In this document: positions 8,001-14,109 of the stretch, piece by piece
Layout of the letters: each line of letters begins with the position of its first letter
Numbering within the stretch: the first letter of the stretch is position 1
Assembly (NCBI GenBank): GCA_965603035.1
Contig: CBFDBL010000002.1
Coordinates: 1 to 33,821 of the forward strand
Length of the DNA: 33,821 nt
Source of the DNA: an uncultured bacterium
Lineage (GTDB): Bacteria; Planctomycetota; PUPC01; DSUN01
Direction of reading: 5' to 3'
Made by a program: the position numbers and the translations under genes
Notes under the pieces: model-generated
Told to the model about the DNA's origin: nothing
The model's database searches: none
What the model saw: only the letters and a program-made list of their open reading frames with translations

Positions 8001-10095
8001 GCGTGCCGAGGGCCCACGTTTGGGTGGTGGCGATATTGAGGGTCGAGCCGGAGGCTTCGGCAGTGATCGTGACGCCGCTCAGGTCGCCCATGTCGGTCGT
8101 CGCCTCAGACGTCCAGAGATTGGCCTGGGCGGGGTCGGAGGGGTCGACGAAGTCCAGGGAGCCGTAGGCGACACCCGCGCCCTGGCCGAACTTGGCCTCC
8201 ATGCTGGCGTTGACGGCGCCCTCATACCACCCGATGTAGACCTCGTGGGCGCCCGCGCCTAGAGTCACGGTCGCTGTGGCTTCGGTGCGCCCCTGGTAGG
8301 CGTTGTTGTCCACCACGAGCTGGCCGTCCACCCACCACACGCTGCCGTCGTCGCTGGCGGTGCCGAGGGTGATCTCGCCGGGAGCGAGGGGCGAGCCGCC
8401 GACGCCGACGAGCATCGTGCCCGACCACACGGCGCCGAAGTTGTTGGGGTCCTGATTGCGGATGGGAGGATCGGCGGTGCCGCCGGTGCGATCGTACCAA
8501 TCGTCAGGCGTCCCGTTAGCGGGGTCGCCCTGATCGAGGTCGAGGTAGGTGTGCCTGGTCAACGCCGTCATTCGGGCGCTGCCGACACTGTACAAGTCTT
8601 CATAGACCGGCGCCTGGGCGAGGTAGCCCTTGCTCGGCTCGAGGGGGTCGATCAGCGCCTCGCCGTCGCCGGAGTAGTAGGCCTCGAGCAGATCGTTGGC
8701 GGTGCCGCCGGCCGAGACGCCGGGCTCGAGGGTGAGCATGCCGCCGCGCAGGGTCACGTCGGTGGCACCGGCCAGGGGGTTGGCGCCGCGGAGGTAGAGC
8801 TCGCCCTGCTCGACAACGATGTCCGTGAGCGCGAGGTTGCTCAGGCCGGCGCTGTTGTCGCAGCCGAGGGTGCCTGCACCCGTCTTCGTCAGGCTGGCGG
8901 CCCCCGCGTTCACGATGGCGCCGGCGCCCAGGAGGCCGGTGTTGACCTTGACCTCAGTGTCGCCCGCGATGACGAGAGCCGTGACCAGGCCCTGGCCGAC
9001 CTCGAGGCTGGAGCCGTCCTCGAGCACCACGGGCGCGCCCGACAGGAGGTTCGCCGTACCGCCCACCTTGAGCGAGCCGCCAGCCACCGTCACGGCGGCG
9101 CCGCCTGAGGTCTCGAACGTGGTGGCGACCTCCAGGGTCTTGCCGGCGCCGATGACGAGGTTGCCGCCGTTGTGCTCGAGAGCGAGGGCGCCCCGGTCGT
9201 CGGCGACGGTGACGTGGCCGTCATTGATGGCGGCCGCCTCGTTGACCGTCGGGAAGGGGGGCGGCGACGACGCCGAGCAGACCCAGTTCGAGTCGCCCCA
9301 GTTGCCGGTGAACTGGGTGCCGTGGTCCCAGGTGAGCACGGGCGGGAGGGCATCGAGCGGGCTGTTGCCATCGGCGAGGAACTGGATCTGCGTGCCGTCG
9401 AGTGCCTCGTTCCAGATGGCGACGTCGTCGATCCGGCCGTCGAAGCCGCGGTTCTCACTATACCGCGCCTCGTTGTGCCCAATCCAGAGCGCATGCGTCG
9501 GGGTGCCGATGGGGCCGGCGTAACTGGGCTGGTTGGGCTCGGGCTGGCCGTCGGTGGCGTCGATGTAGGTTCGGATCGTGCCGTCGCTCTGGTCCCAGGT
9601 GAACGCGACGTGGTGCCACGCGTCCTGGGTGGGGGCGGGGTTGTCGCTCATGGTCTGGCCGGAATCTTGCAGCTCGACCCGAATGGCGTCGGGGTTGGGG
9701 TTGCGGCACCAGAACATGGAGAAGCCGGGGTCGCTCCATCCGCCGCCTTGGCACACGATGTGGCCGTCGTTCTCCGTGCTGTAGACCCAGGCCGAGACGG
9801 TGACCGCGCTCTGGATGTTCGGCCACGGCGCAGGCTCTGTTGCGGCCAGCCAGGAATCGCCGTCGTAGGAGAACGCTCTGTCGCCGGCGAGGCCAGTGCG
9901 GCCGCCGCCGTCGGCCGTCAGCGTCGCGTTGCCGCTGATCAAGAGGGAGCCAACCAGCGGCTCCACCACGTCCGGGGTGTAGCCGGGGATGCTGTCCACC
10001 ACGTCGGTGTCCATGGGCCAGTAGGCGATCAGGTCGGCCGAGGCCGAGGCGGCGAGCACCAGACCCAGAGCCGCAGCGAACGCCAGCTTCCTCAT
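2032..10095 (-). CDS. Giant secreted PEP-CTERM surface protein (2,687 aa): LamG-type jelly-roll modules, autotransporter-associated beta-strand repeats, PA14-like and F5/8 type C-like modules
   Basis: Track ORF 2032..10167. Start moved to ATG 10095 (GGAGAG 5 nt upstream), which gives the signal peptide MRKLAFAAALGLVLAASASA. Five LamG/concanavalin-type modules end in the typical signature (GRIDDVAIWNEAL; GQIDDVHVYSSVL twice; LDDIYIYDRAL; GDIAELLIFNRAL). Gly/Thr/Ala-rich beta-strand repeat runs are present (e.g. TKTGAGTL, FIKRGSGELVVD, LIKDGPGTMIVD). The C terminus is IPEPTTMALLGLGAVALLRRRRRQA. Confidence 0.93.
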   Translation of the reverse strand: MRKLAFAAALGLVLAASASADLIAYWPMDTDVVDSIPGYTPDVVEPLVGSLLISGNATLTADGGGRTGLAGDRAFSYDGDSWLAATEPAPWPNIQSAVTVSAWVYSTENDGHIVCQGGGWSDPGFSMFWCRNPNPDAIRVELQDSGQTMSDNPAPTQDAWHHVAFTWDQSDGTIRTYIDATDGQPEPNQPSYAGPIGTPTHALWIGHNEARYSENRGFDGRIDDVAIWNEALDGTQIQFLADGNSPLDALPPVLTWDHGTQFTGNWGDSNWVCSASSPPPFPTVNEAAAINDGHVTVADDRGALALEHNGGNLVIGAGKTLEVATTFETSGGAAVTVAGGSLKVGGTANLLSGAPVVLEDGSSLEVGQGLVTALVIAGDTEVKVNTGLLGAGAIVNAGAASLTKTGAGTLGCDNSAGLSNLALTDIVVEQGELYLRGANPLAGATDVTLRGGMLTLEPGVSAGGTANDLLEAYYSGDGEALIDPLEPSKGYLAQAPVYEDLYSVGSARMTALTRHTYLDLDQGDPANGTPDDWYDRTGGTADPPIRNQDPNNFGAVWSGTMLVGVGGSPLAPGEITLGTASDDGSVWWVDGQLVVDNNAYQGRTEATATVTLGAGAHEVYIGWYEGAVNASMEAKFGQGAGVAYGSLDFVDPSDPAQANLWTSEATTDMGDLSGVTITAEASGSTLNIATTQTWALGTLDMTPGSDLTTIGGPVTFGSSTLGNGSTLMAQGTSTGLGAAKVAGSTTLNNTGPLTATTLTLDDGDAISFVGSGPTTIDTLVNAGGTSIVNVPVSAQVTVLDAQDTAAGTVTKQGDGQLTLDTLSAGGATNTTFQVDAGTLLAIGADPLGDSTKLTLAGGTAAFGDGSAPPAPGPTAGLISHWTFDETSGTTAADTQGANAGTISGGVTLGVPGPVGTAFDFDGSSGQVDVGSVGISGAAPRSIAGWFKSDSADPPSDWRGIFGFYDDSSTGDLFFGVDVINNNDAGIHVYNWERPLADLETSSWHHAAATYDGTNIAWYYDGMLVGSEARSGLNTTDYFTMAWRRDNDNRFDGQIDDVHVYSSVLTADDVEAMYGARIAPDTSNINVLVTANSTLESRSTSPLAFADLTVNNDATLTTTGSAMTFASTAIGAASGTLDVQNTVDIGDYGDGGAPKTFIKRGSGELVVDSDAHTIVAADTTWRVEQGTLHAIGADPFDGPTHAELAGGTLTIEPPATPADATYQYFRFTPTKLRDDGAANSVQLSEMQVFYGTLQIPGATATNPGGSTPDAEGPEKAVDNNTGTKWLDFNKAPLVLDFGSAVTIDEYNWATANDATERDPVRWTFEGSNDNANWTLVDSIAGADYPTPTARYTFAGPFTTKIFAGDLDLTDLTVHGTANSTLNIVYPLEATVGQLTLDDGVVLSTMGAPTTFTETVLAGGSGTLDVQNTVDIGDYVGGSGKTLIKDGPGTMIVDNVAHTINGAGTTFEVRQGLLTADAPDPLGGSTDLHLAGGTASFGDTVAPPAPGPTTGLISHWTFDETSGTTAFDTQTANPGTISGGVTLGVPGAIGTAFDFDGNDGQVDVGSVGVSGAAPRSIAGWFKSDSADPPSDWKGIFGFYSASSGGDLFFGIDVINNNDAGIHVYNWERPLADLETSSWHHAAATYDGTNIAWYYDGMLVGSEARSGLNTTDYFTMAWRRDNDNRFDGQIDDVHVYSSVLTADDVETMYGARIAPDTSNINVLVSANSTLESRSASQLDFADLTLNDNTELTVAGGPMSFANAIVNGTAAINSDQHVTLRDYDDGAGANRTLIKRGSGPMDLPDGGPTSGASTTFQVEGGSLNAGGATDPLSGGDLVMAGGTVNLTAPKTAGVIPTGAVGAWTFDAGDADDSSGNGYHGTQNGGAFSSDVPEGLSGQSINLTGNGSINVDDGAGQTVFDLDTLTVAAWVKGWPDNGWDPYISKRGESNQGWQFRRIGWGDSDDKLTMTLRGTSGDDDVIGASNIIQQNPDEWFHIVATYDNATGIRRWYINGVLDGEVLESGDISNTGSQLVFGARDNSGDAGNPPSIGNHSNTWLDDIYIYDRALIEADIQAMLPQRGPLVMPDTNVRVAGGGTLNAVTDKTATFGDLTLQSGALTIAGAREGVFFAGGAVDSSADSIGLDAAVDVTVSGSYDGQNATASFTKSGGANLILTQGTTNHGGVAVDVQGGRLISNAAMQAAGLNIGGGANVDTGTNDVTISDGGAFRAGALKISGAGSTFKVGGDDMAAAPERLGLEGGTVTVRVGAMPGGLAVWLDASDVDGQGNGAIGDPTDGQTVATWADRSGNGNSAAQGNANRQPVYIASAINGQPALRFNADNVEGDDEMKLGDLSAQFPDAATLFAVAYIDSDGRYNVFGNRNNDERWKADTWSEAVPGSFRGGRQGYNFDDLPSDGSHIFAIESNSSVWRMLVDSSNLGDRGADYHSGSGQDWAIADRSNGGQELKGDIAELLIFNRALSATEMGKIGGYLAAKYGIGAAGWTGNIDPMAINMPDTDIHVASSTELFSDTPSTATYGNLNLGGTPGVALTLTGAPGGTFFESIGFDIEGFTPGTEHDQMIFQGPGHPIATGSELDILTPLIFGQDDVCNWAVLMDIEDPLVFADGIFTDARTGLPLPEGASFIDGNGAYFWQISYQYEGNDVAIHLTGIPEPTTMALLGLGAVALLRRRRRQA
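2035..2109 (-). other. PEP-CTERM sorting signal (C-terminal 25 aa of the giant protein)
   Basis: IPEP motif, then the hydrophobic helix TTMALLGLGAVALL, then the basic tail RRRRRQA at the extreme C terminus. This is the canonical PEP-CTERM/exosortase substrate layout. Confidence 0.8.
4871..5640 (-). repeat. Intragenic duplication, copy B (LamG module plus flanks)
   Basis: Aligns with 6770..7539 at a constant offset of 1,899 bp (633 codons, in frame). By eye, 4921-5290 versus 6820-7189 differ at only 3 positions (4932, 4986, 5271). The flanks are clearly more diverged. Confidence 0.9.
6085..6440 (-). other. F5/8 type C (discoidin)-like module inside the giant protein (approximate bounds)
   Basis: Translation YQYFRFTPTKLRDDGAANSVQLSEMQVFYG..KAVDNNTGTKWLDFNKAPLVLDFGSAVTIDEYNWATANDATERDPVRWTFEGSNDNANWTLVDS. 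The pattern A.D....TKW ... R.P..W.(L/F)(E/Q)GS.D...W is typical of discoidin carbohydrate-binding modules. Confidence 0.55.
6770..7539 (-). repeat. Intragenic duplication, copy A (LamG module plus flanks)
   Basis: Partner of 4871..5640. Both encode GLISHWTFDETSGTTA..APRSIAGWFKSDSADPPSDW..DAGIHVYNWERPLADLETSSWHHAAATYDGTNIAWYYDGMLVGSEARSGLNTTDYFTMAWRRDNDNRFDGQIDDVHVYSSVLTADDVE. Confidence 0.9.
8170..8460 (-). other. PA14-like module inside the giant protein (approximate bounds)
   Basis: Translation NFGAVWSGTMLVGVGGSPLAPGEITLGTASDDGSVWWVDGQLVVDNNAYQGRTEATATVTLGAGAHEVYIGWYEGAVNASMEAKFG. It matches the PA14 pattern (F....G.....G.Y.F....DDG..L.(I/V)DG..V(I/V)DN.........L.AG.....I.Y.E..G.A...L.W). 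Confidence 0.5.
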
Positions 10096-10354
10096 CGGGA
10101 CTCTCCTAGAGAAGACAGGATGCTTCGAATCGCGTGATAGGTTCTGCGTCAACGTCACACGGCGCAACGCTCAGGAGAAACGGGAGAGAACAATCCCACT
10201 CCCCATGAGCAGTCTGCTGTAATGCAAATCCCATGCCGCTGGAGCCGCCGTGGTGTACGAGAATCGGAATTGCCGTAAACACAAGCCTCACATAGGCTTA
10301 ACGATACGCCCGCGCTCGGCCCGCGCGCGCCCTTCCTCCGCGATTTCGGACGCC

Positions 10355-10479
10355 ATGTTGCCGAAACGCAACATCGCCGGGTGGCCTCAACCGCCAATAT
10401 GTTTGTAAACAGTTGTAAGAGCAGGACATGCCGCATGTGGCGAATCGGCAACATGCCGGGGCCCTCCGGCAACATGCCG
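10355..10479 (+). promoter_or_regulatory. Cluster of GCAACAT-containing motifs upstream of the choline-sulfatase promoter (candidate regulator sites)
   Basis: ATGTTGC (10355-10361) and GCAACAT (10368-10374) form a 7-bp inverted repeat with a 6-nt spacer. CGGCAACATGCCG occurs twice as a direct repeat (10446-10458 and 10467-10479, 21 bp apart). ACATGCCGCATGT (10426-10438) is a 13-nt palindrome that shares ACATGCCG. Confidence 0.35.
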
Positions 10480-10510
10480 TGTCCCCTTTCTCGGATGCCC
10501 CGGCCTGCCT

Positions 10511-10539
10511 TTGACTCGTGGCGGTCGAGAGCCTATGGT
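10511..10539 (+). promoter_or_regulatory. Candidate sigma70-type promoter of the choline-sulfatase gene
   Basis: TTGACT (10511-10516), a 17-nt spacer, then TATGGT (10534-10539), about 54 nt before ATG 10593. It lies in a 497-bp divergent intergenic region of lower GC. Confidence 0.4.
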
Positions 10540-10592
10540 AGGCGTCGTGCAGCCCGAGTCCGTCCCTCCCGCGCCCCTGCCACGGAGCGACC

Positions 10593-12107
10593 ATGGACCG
10601 CCCCAATATCCTCATGATCATGGCCGACCAGCTCCCCGCCGCCGCGCTCGGCTGCTACGGGCACGGCGTGGTGCGGAGCCCCCACATCGACCGCCTCGCC
10701 GCCGAGGGCGTCGCCTTCGACCAGTGCCTGTGCAACAGCCCGCTGTGCGCGCCCTCGCGCGCCTCGATGGTCACGGGGCTCCTGCCCTGGCGCACCGGCG
10801 TCTTCGACAACGGCTGCGAGCTGCCCGCCCAGATCCCCACCTTCATGCACCACCTGCGCCGAGCCGGCTACCGCACCCTCCTCTCGGGCAAGATGCACTT
10901 CGTCGGGCCCGACCAGCTCCACGGCTTCGACGAGCGCCTCACCACCGACATCTATCCCTCCTTCTTCCACTGGACCCCCAACTGGCGCAAGGGCGTCTAC
11001 CCCAACCCCGGCACCAGCGTCGCACAGCTCAAGGACGCCGGCCGCTGCCGCTGGAGCCTACAGCTCGACTACGACGAGGAGGTCCACTTCCGCGCCCTCG
11101 AGCGCCTGCGGGCCCTCGCGCGCGACCGCTCCGACCGCCGCCCCTTCCTCCTGTGCGCCTCCTACACCCACCCTCACGACCCGTTCATCATCACCCAGGA
11201 CTACTGGGACCTCTACGACCCCCATGCCGTCGAGCTGCCGGCCGCGCGGCCCCAGCCCATGGCCAGGATGCACGCCTTCAACCGCTGGCTCCAGGTCCAC
11301 CACGAGCTCGATCGCTACCCGCCGTCCGACGAGCTGGTCCGCCGCGCCCGGCGCGCCTACTACGCCATGGTCAGCTACGTGGACGACAAGGTGGGGGAGC
11401 TGGTCGGCGAGGTCCGGCGGCTGGGCCTGGGCGGCAGGACCGTCGTCGTGGTGACCGGCGACCACGGCGAGATGCTCGGCGAGCACGGCATGTGGTTCAA
11501 GCGCACGTTCTACGACGGGTCGGCGCGCGTGCCGCTGGTGTGGTCGTGGCCAGGCCGCTGGCGCGGCGGGCGGCGCGTGGGCGAGGCCGTGTCGCTCGCC
11601 GACCTGTTCCCCACGCTGCTCGACCTGGCCGAGCTGCCCGACCGCGGCAGCGTCGGCCGCGAGGTGGACGGGCAGAGCCTCCTGCCCCTCCTCCGAGGCG
11701 AGACGCCCGGCGCCCCGCGCAGCGCCGTCACCGAGTACTACGGCGAGGGCGTCATCCACCCCCTGCGCATGATCTGCCGCGACAAGTGGAAGTACGTCCA
11801 CGTCCACACACAGCCACCGCTGCTCTTCGACCGCGAGGCCGACCCCACCGAGCAGACCAGCCTCGCAGGCCGCCCCGACGTCGCCGACGTCGAGCACGCC
11901 CTGCGCGACGAGCTGCTCGCAGGCTGGGACCCCGAGGCCATGGAGACCCGCGTCCTCGCCAGCCAGCGCGACCGCAGGCACATCCTCGAGGCCATGGCCC
12001 ACGGCCAGCCCGTCGCGTGGGACCACCAGCCCGTCTTCGACGCCGCCCGCCGCTACGTCCGCGCCCGTGACGCCCAGCACACCAACGGCGAGCGACGACT
12101 CGACTGA
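10593..12107 (+). CDS. betC: Choline-sulfatase-like sulfatase (formylglycine type, Cys)
   Basis: 504 aa; GGAG 5 nt before the ATG. The N terminus RPNILMIMADQL, the sulfatase signature SPLCAPSRASMVTG (C-x-P-x-R) and the block LLSGKMHFVGPDQLHGFDERLTTDIYP are what I recall as diagnostic of the BetC choline-sulfatase family. Also TGDHGEMLGEHGMWFK. The symbol comes from motif memory only. Confidence 0.88.
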   Translation: MDRPNILMIMADQLPAAALGCYGHGVVRSPHIDRLAAEGVAFDQCLCNSPLCAPSRASMVTGLLPWRTGVFDNGCELPAQIPTFMHHLRRAGYRTLLSGKMHFVGPDQLHGFDERLTTDIYPSFFHWTPNWRKGVYPNPGTSVAQLKDAGRCRWSLQLDYDEEVHFRALERLRALARDRSDRRPFLLCASYTHPHDPFIITQDYWDLYDPHAVELPAARPQPMARMHAFNRWLQVHHELDRYPPSDELVRRARRAYYAMVSYVDDKVGELVGEVRRLGLGGRTVVVVTGDHGEMLGEHGMWFKRTFYDGSARVPLVWSWPGRWRGGRRVGEAVSLADLFPTLLDLAELPDRGSVGREVDGQSLLPLLRGETPGAPRSAVTEYYGEGVIHPLRMICRDKWKYVHVHTQPPLLFDREADPTEQTSLAGRPDVADVEHALRDELLAGWDPEAMETRVLASQRDRRHILEAMAHGQPVAWDHQPVFDAARRYVRARDAQHTNGERRLD

Positions 12108-12214
12108 CCCACCCACCTCGACGAGAGCGACGGGGAGGCCGAGGGGCCCCGATACAGCCGCTCGAGCTTCCTCGTGGCGCGCGGCAACGGCGGGAACCGA
12201 CGCAGAGCGTGGGC

Positions 12215-12243
12215 TTGACAGGGCGAGGGTGCCGCCGTAGGAT
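12215..12243 (+). promoter_or_regulatory. Candidate sigma70-type promoter of the cytidylyltransferase / TagF-like pair
   Basis: TTGACA (12215-12220), a 17-nt spacer, then TAGGAT (12238-12243), about 50 nt before the start codon. Confidence 0.45.
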
Positions 12244-12292
12244 AGCAGCGGAGCGCGCAGGGCTGGACGGGCGCGAGCGGGGAGTGGGCGTC

Positions 12293-13042
12293 TTGGAAGC
12301 ATTGATCCTGGCAGCGGGGCGCGGCGATCGCATGGGGGCTCTGACCGCCCGCCTGCCGAAGTGCATGCTCGAGGCGGGCGGGGCCTCGCTCATCCACCGA
12401 CAGCTCGATGCGCTGCGGTCGCACGGCGTGGCGGACGTGACGGTGGTCGTCGGGTTCGGTGCCGAGGCGCTCGCCGAGCACCTGGGGCCGGGGGTCCGGA
12501 CCGTGGTGAACCCGCGGCACGCCGAGACGAACAGCCTCTACTCGTTCTGGCTGGGTGTGCAGCGGGTGCGGGGCGAGATGCTGGTGCTGAACGCCGACGT
12601 GCTGTTCCACCCGGAGTTGCTCGGGCGTCTGCTGGCCTGTGGGCATCCCGACGTGCTGCTCGCGGACCTGTGCGACGGGCTCGGGGCGGAGGAGATGAAG
12701 GTGCGGGTGGTGGACGGCTGGCTCGCCGACATCGCTCGGGACCTGGCGCCCGGGAGCTACGACGGGGAGAACGTGGGGGTCCTGCGGTTCAGCGACGGGG
12801 CTCGCCGCGAGCTGACGGCGATCGCCGAGCGCCTGGTGGCGTCGGGGTGCGAGCGGGCGATGTTCCCGCTGGCGACGCGTCACCTGCTCGCCGAGCGGCC
12901 GGTGCGTGTGCTGGCGACGGCCGGGCAGCCGTGGATCGAGATCGACTTCCCCGAGGACCTGGCGCGTGCGGAGCGGGAGGTGGTGCCGCGGCTGCCCGCT
13001 CTGGCCGAGGGGCTCGCGCAGCGAGGAGCGGCAGGCAGGTGA
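12293..13042 (+). CDS. Nucleotidyltransferase, LicC-like (phospho-alcohol/sugar-phosphate cytidylyltransferase family)
   Basis: In frame with track ORF 12209..13042. EALILAAGRGDRMG..LPKCML is the N-terminal nucleotide-binding signature. VVNPRHAETNSLYSFWL, LVLNADVLF and WIEIDFPEDLARAE parallel the LicC layout (N..Y...N..YS..L / DAD..F / EID...D). Start at TTG 12293 (GGGGAG 8 nt upstream); GTG 12284 is an alternative. The substrate cannot be read from sequence. Confidence 0.78.
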   Translation: MEALILAAGRGDRMGALTARLPKCMLEAGGASLIHRQLDALRSHGVADVTVVVGFGAEALAEHLGPGVRTVVNPRHAETNSLYSFWLGVQRVRGEMLVLNADVLFHPELLGRLLACGHPDVLLADLCDGLGAEEMKVRVVDGWLADIARDLAPGSYDGENVGVLRFSDGARRELTAIAERLVASGCERAMFPLATRHLLAERPVRVLATAGQPWIEIDFPEDLARAEREVVPRLPALAEGLAQRGAAGR

Positions 13043-14109
13043 GGAGGGGCGGCGACAGGCGGGTCATCGGGTTCCGCGCGAAGCGGCCGATGAACTACCT
13101 GATCTTCGCGCCCGTGCACCGGCGGCTGGCGGCGGACCCGCGGTTGAGGGTGTACTTCTTCGGGACGCGCTACGGCGGCGGCTCGGTGCGGCGGCTCTAC
13201 GAGCGGGCGGGTGCGGGCGACGTGCGGCTCCTGGCGCGGGCGGTCGCGCGGTACTATCCCTTCGATCTGTACGTGAGCTCGGACTTCAGCGTGGCGGCTC
13301 GGCGCGCGGCCCGCGCGGCGCACCTGTTCCACGGCCTGTCGTTCAAGAACTACGCGCTGTCGGCCGAGGCCTGCCGCTACGACGCGCTGTGCGTGGTCGG
13401 GCCGTACATGGAGCGTGGGTTCGTGCGCCGGGGGCTGTTCGCCGAGGGGGATCCCCGGCTGCGGCGGGTGGGCATGCCGAAGCTCGATTGCCTGCTCGAC
13501 GGCTCGCTCGACCGGCGGGCGATCCTCGAGGGGCTGGGCTGCCGCGCGGACCGGCCGACGGTGCTCTACGCGCCGACGTGGGGGCCGGAGTCCAGCCTGC
13601 CGGTCATGGGCGAGCGGGTCCTCCGCGGCCTGTGCGGCGCGGGGGTGAACGTGGTGGTGAAGCTGCACGACAACTCGTACGACCGGCGCGAGACCTCGGT
13701 GGACTGGTCGGCGCGTCTGGCGGCGCTGGCCCACGCCGACCTCGCGGTCGCGCGCTCCCACGACGTCGTGCCGCTGCTCTTCGCGGCCGACGTGCTGCTC
13801 ACCGACGCGAGCTCGGCCGCCTACGAGTTCCTGCTGCTCGACCGGCCCATCGTCTTCCTCGCCTTCCCGGGGCAGCTCGACCGCGTGCGCGAGCGCGCCG
13901 ACCTGGCGACCTGGGGCAGGCGCGTGGGCATCACCGTCGAGGAGCCGGGCCGCGTCGCCGCCGCGGTCGAGGACGCGCTCGCCAGCCCGCGCGAGCACGC
14001 CGCCGTCCGCCAGGCCGCCGTCCGCGACCTGTTCTTTCACCCCGGCCGCGCCACCGACCGCGCGGTCGCCGAGCTCTACCGACTGCTCGAGCTCGACCCG
14101 CCGGCCTGA
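13039..14109 (+). CDS. CDP-glycerol glycerophosphotransferase (TagF/TagB) family protein
   Basis: In-frame tail of track ORF 12361..14109. PTVLYAPTWGPES, VNVVVKLHDNSYD and VPLLFAADVLLTDASSAAYEFLLLDRPIVFL match the Glyphos_transf pattern (ILYAPTWR / KLHP / D.LITDYSS...(D/E)F..L.(K/R)PI.F). Start at GTG 13039 overlaps the upstream TGA (GTGA), with GAGGAG 10 nt upstream; ATG 13090 is an alternative. Confidence 0.78.
   Translation: MRRGGDRRVIGFRAKRPMNYLIFAPVHRRLAADPRLRVYFFGTRYGGGSVRRLYERAGAGDVRLLARAVARYYPFDLYVSSDFSVAARRAARAAHLFHGLSFKNYALSAEACRYDALCVVGPYMERGFVRRGLFAEGDPRLRRVGMPKLDCLLDGSLDRRAILEGLGCRADRPTVLYAPTWGPESSLPVMGERVLRGLCGAGVNVVVKLHDNSYDRRETSVDWSARLAALAHADLAVARSHDVVPLLFAADVLLTDASSAAYEFLLLDRPIVFLAFPGQLDRVRERADLATWGRRVGITVEEPGRVAAAVEDALASPREHAAVRQAAVRDLFFHPGRATDRAVAELYRLLELDPPA

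Noticed and set aside
4777-8262. 1,161-aa + strand ORF (and many shorter + strand ORFs between 2011 and 10137) antisense to the giant gene
   Set aside because: The translation is a monotonous Gly/Ala/Val/Arg/Asp-rich sequence, typical of the antisense strand of GC-rich coding DNA. It has no motifs, no SD-supported start, and overlaps a confidently coding gene completely.
10118-10130. TTCGAATC string resembling a tRNA T-loop
   Set aside because: The flanking bases cannot form the 5-bp T stem, and no acceptor or anticodon arms can be drawn. No tRNA-like cloverleaf was found anywhere in the window.
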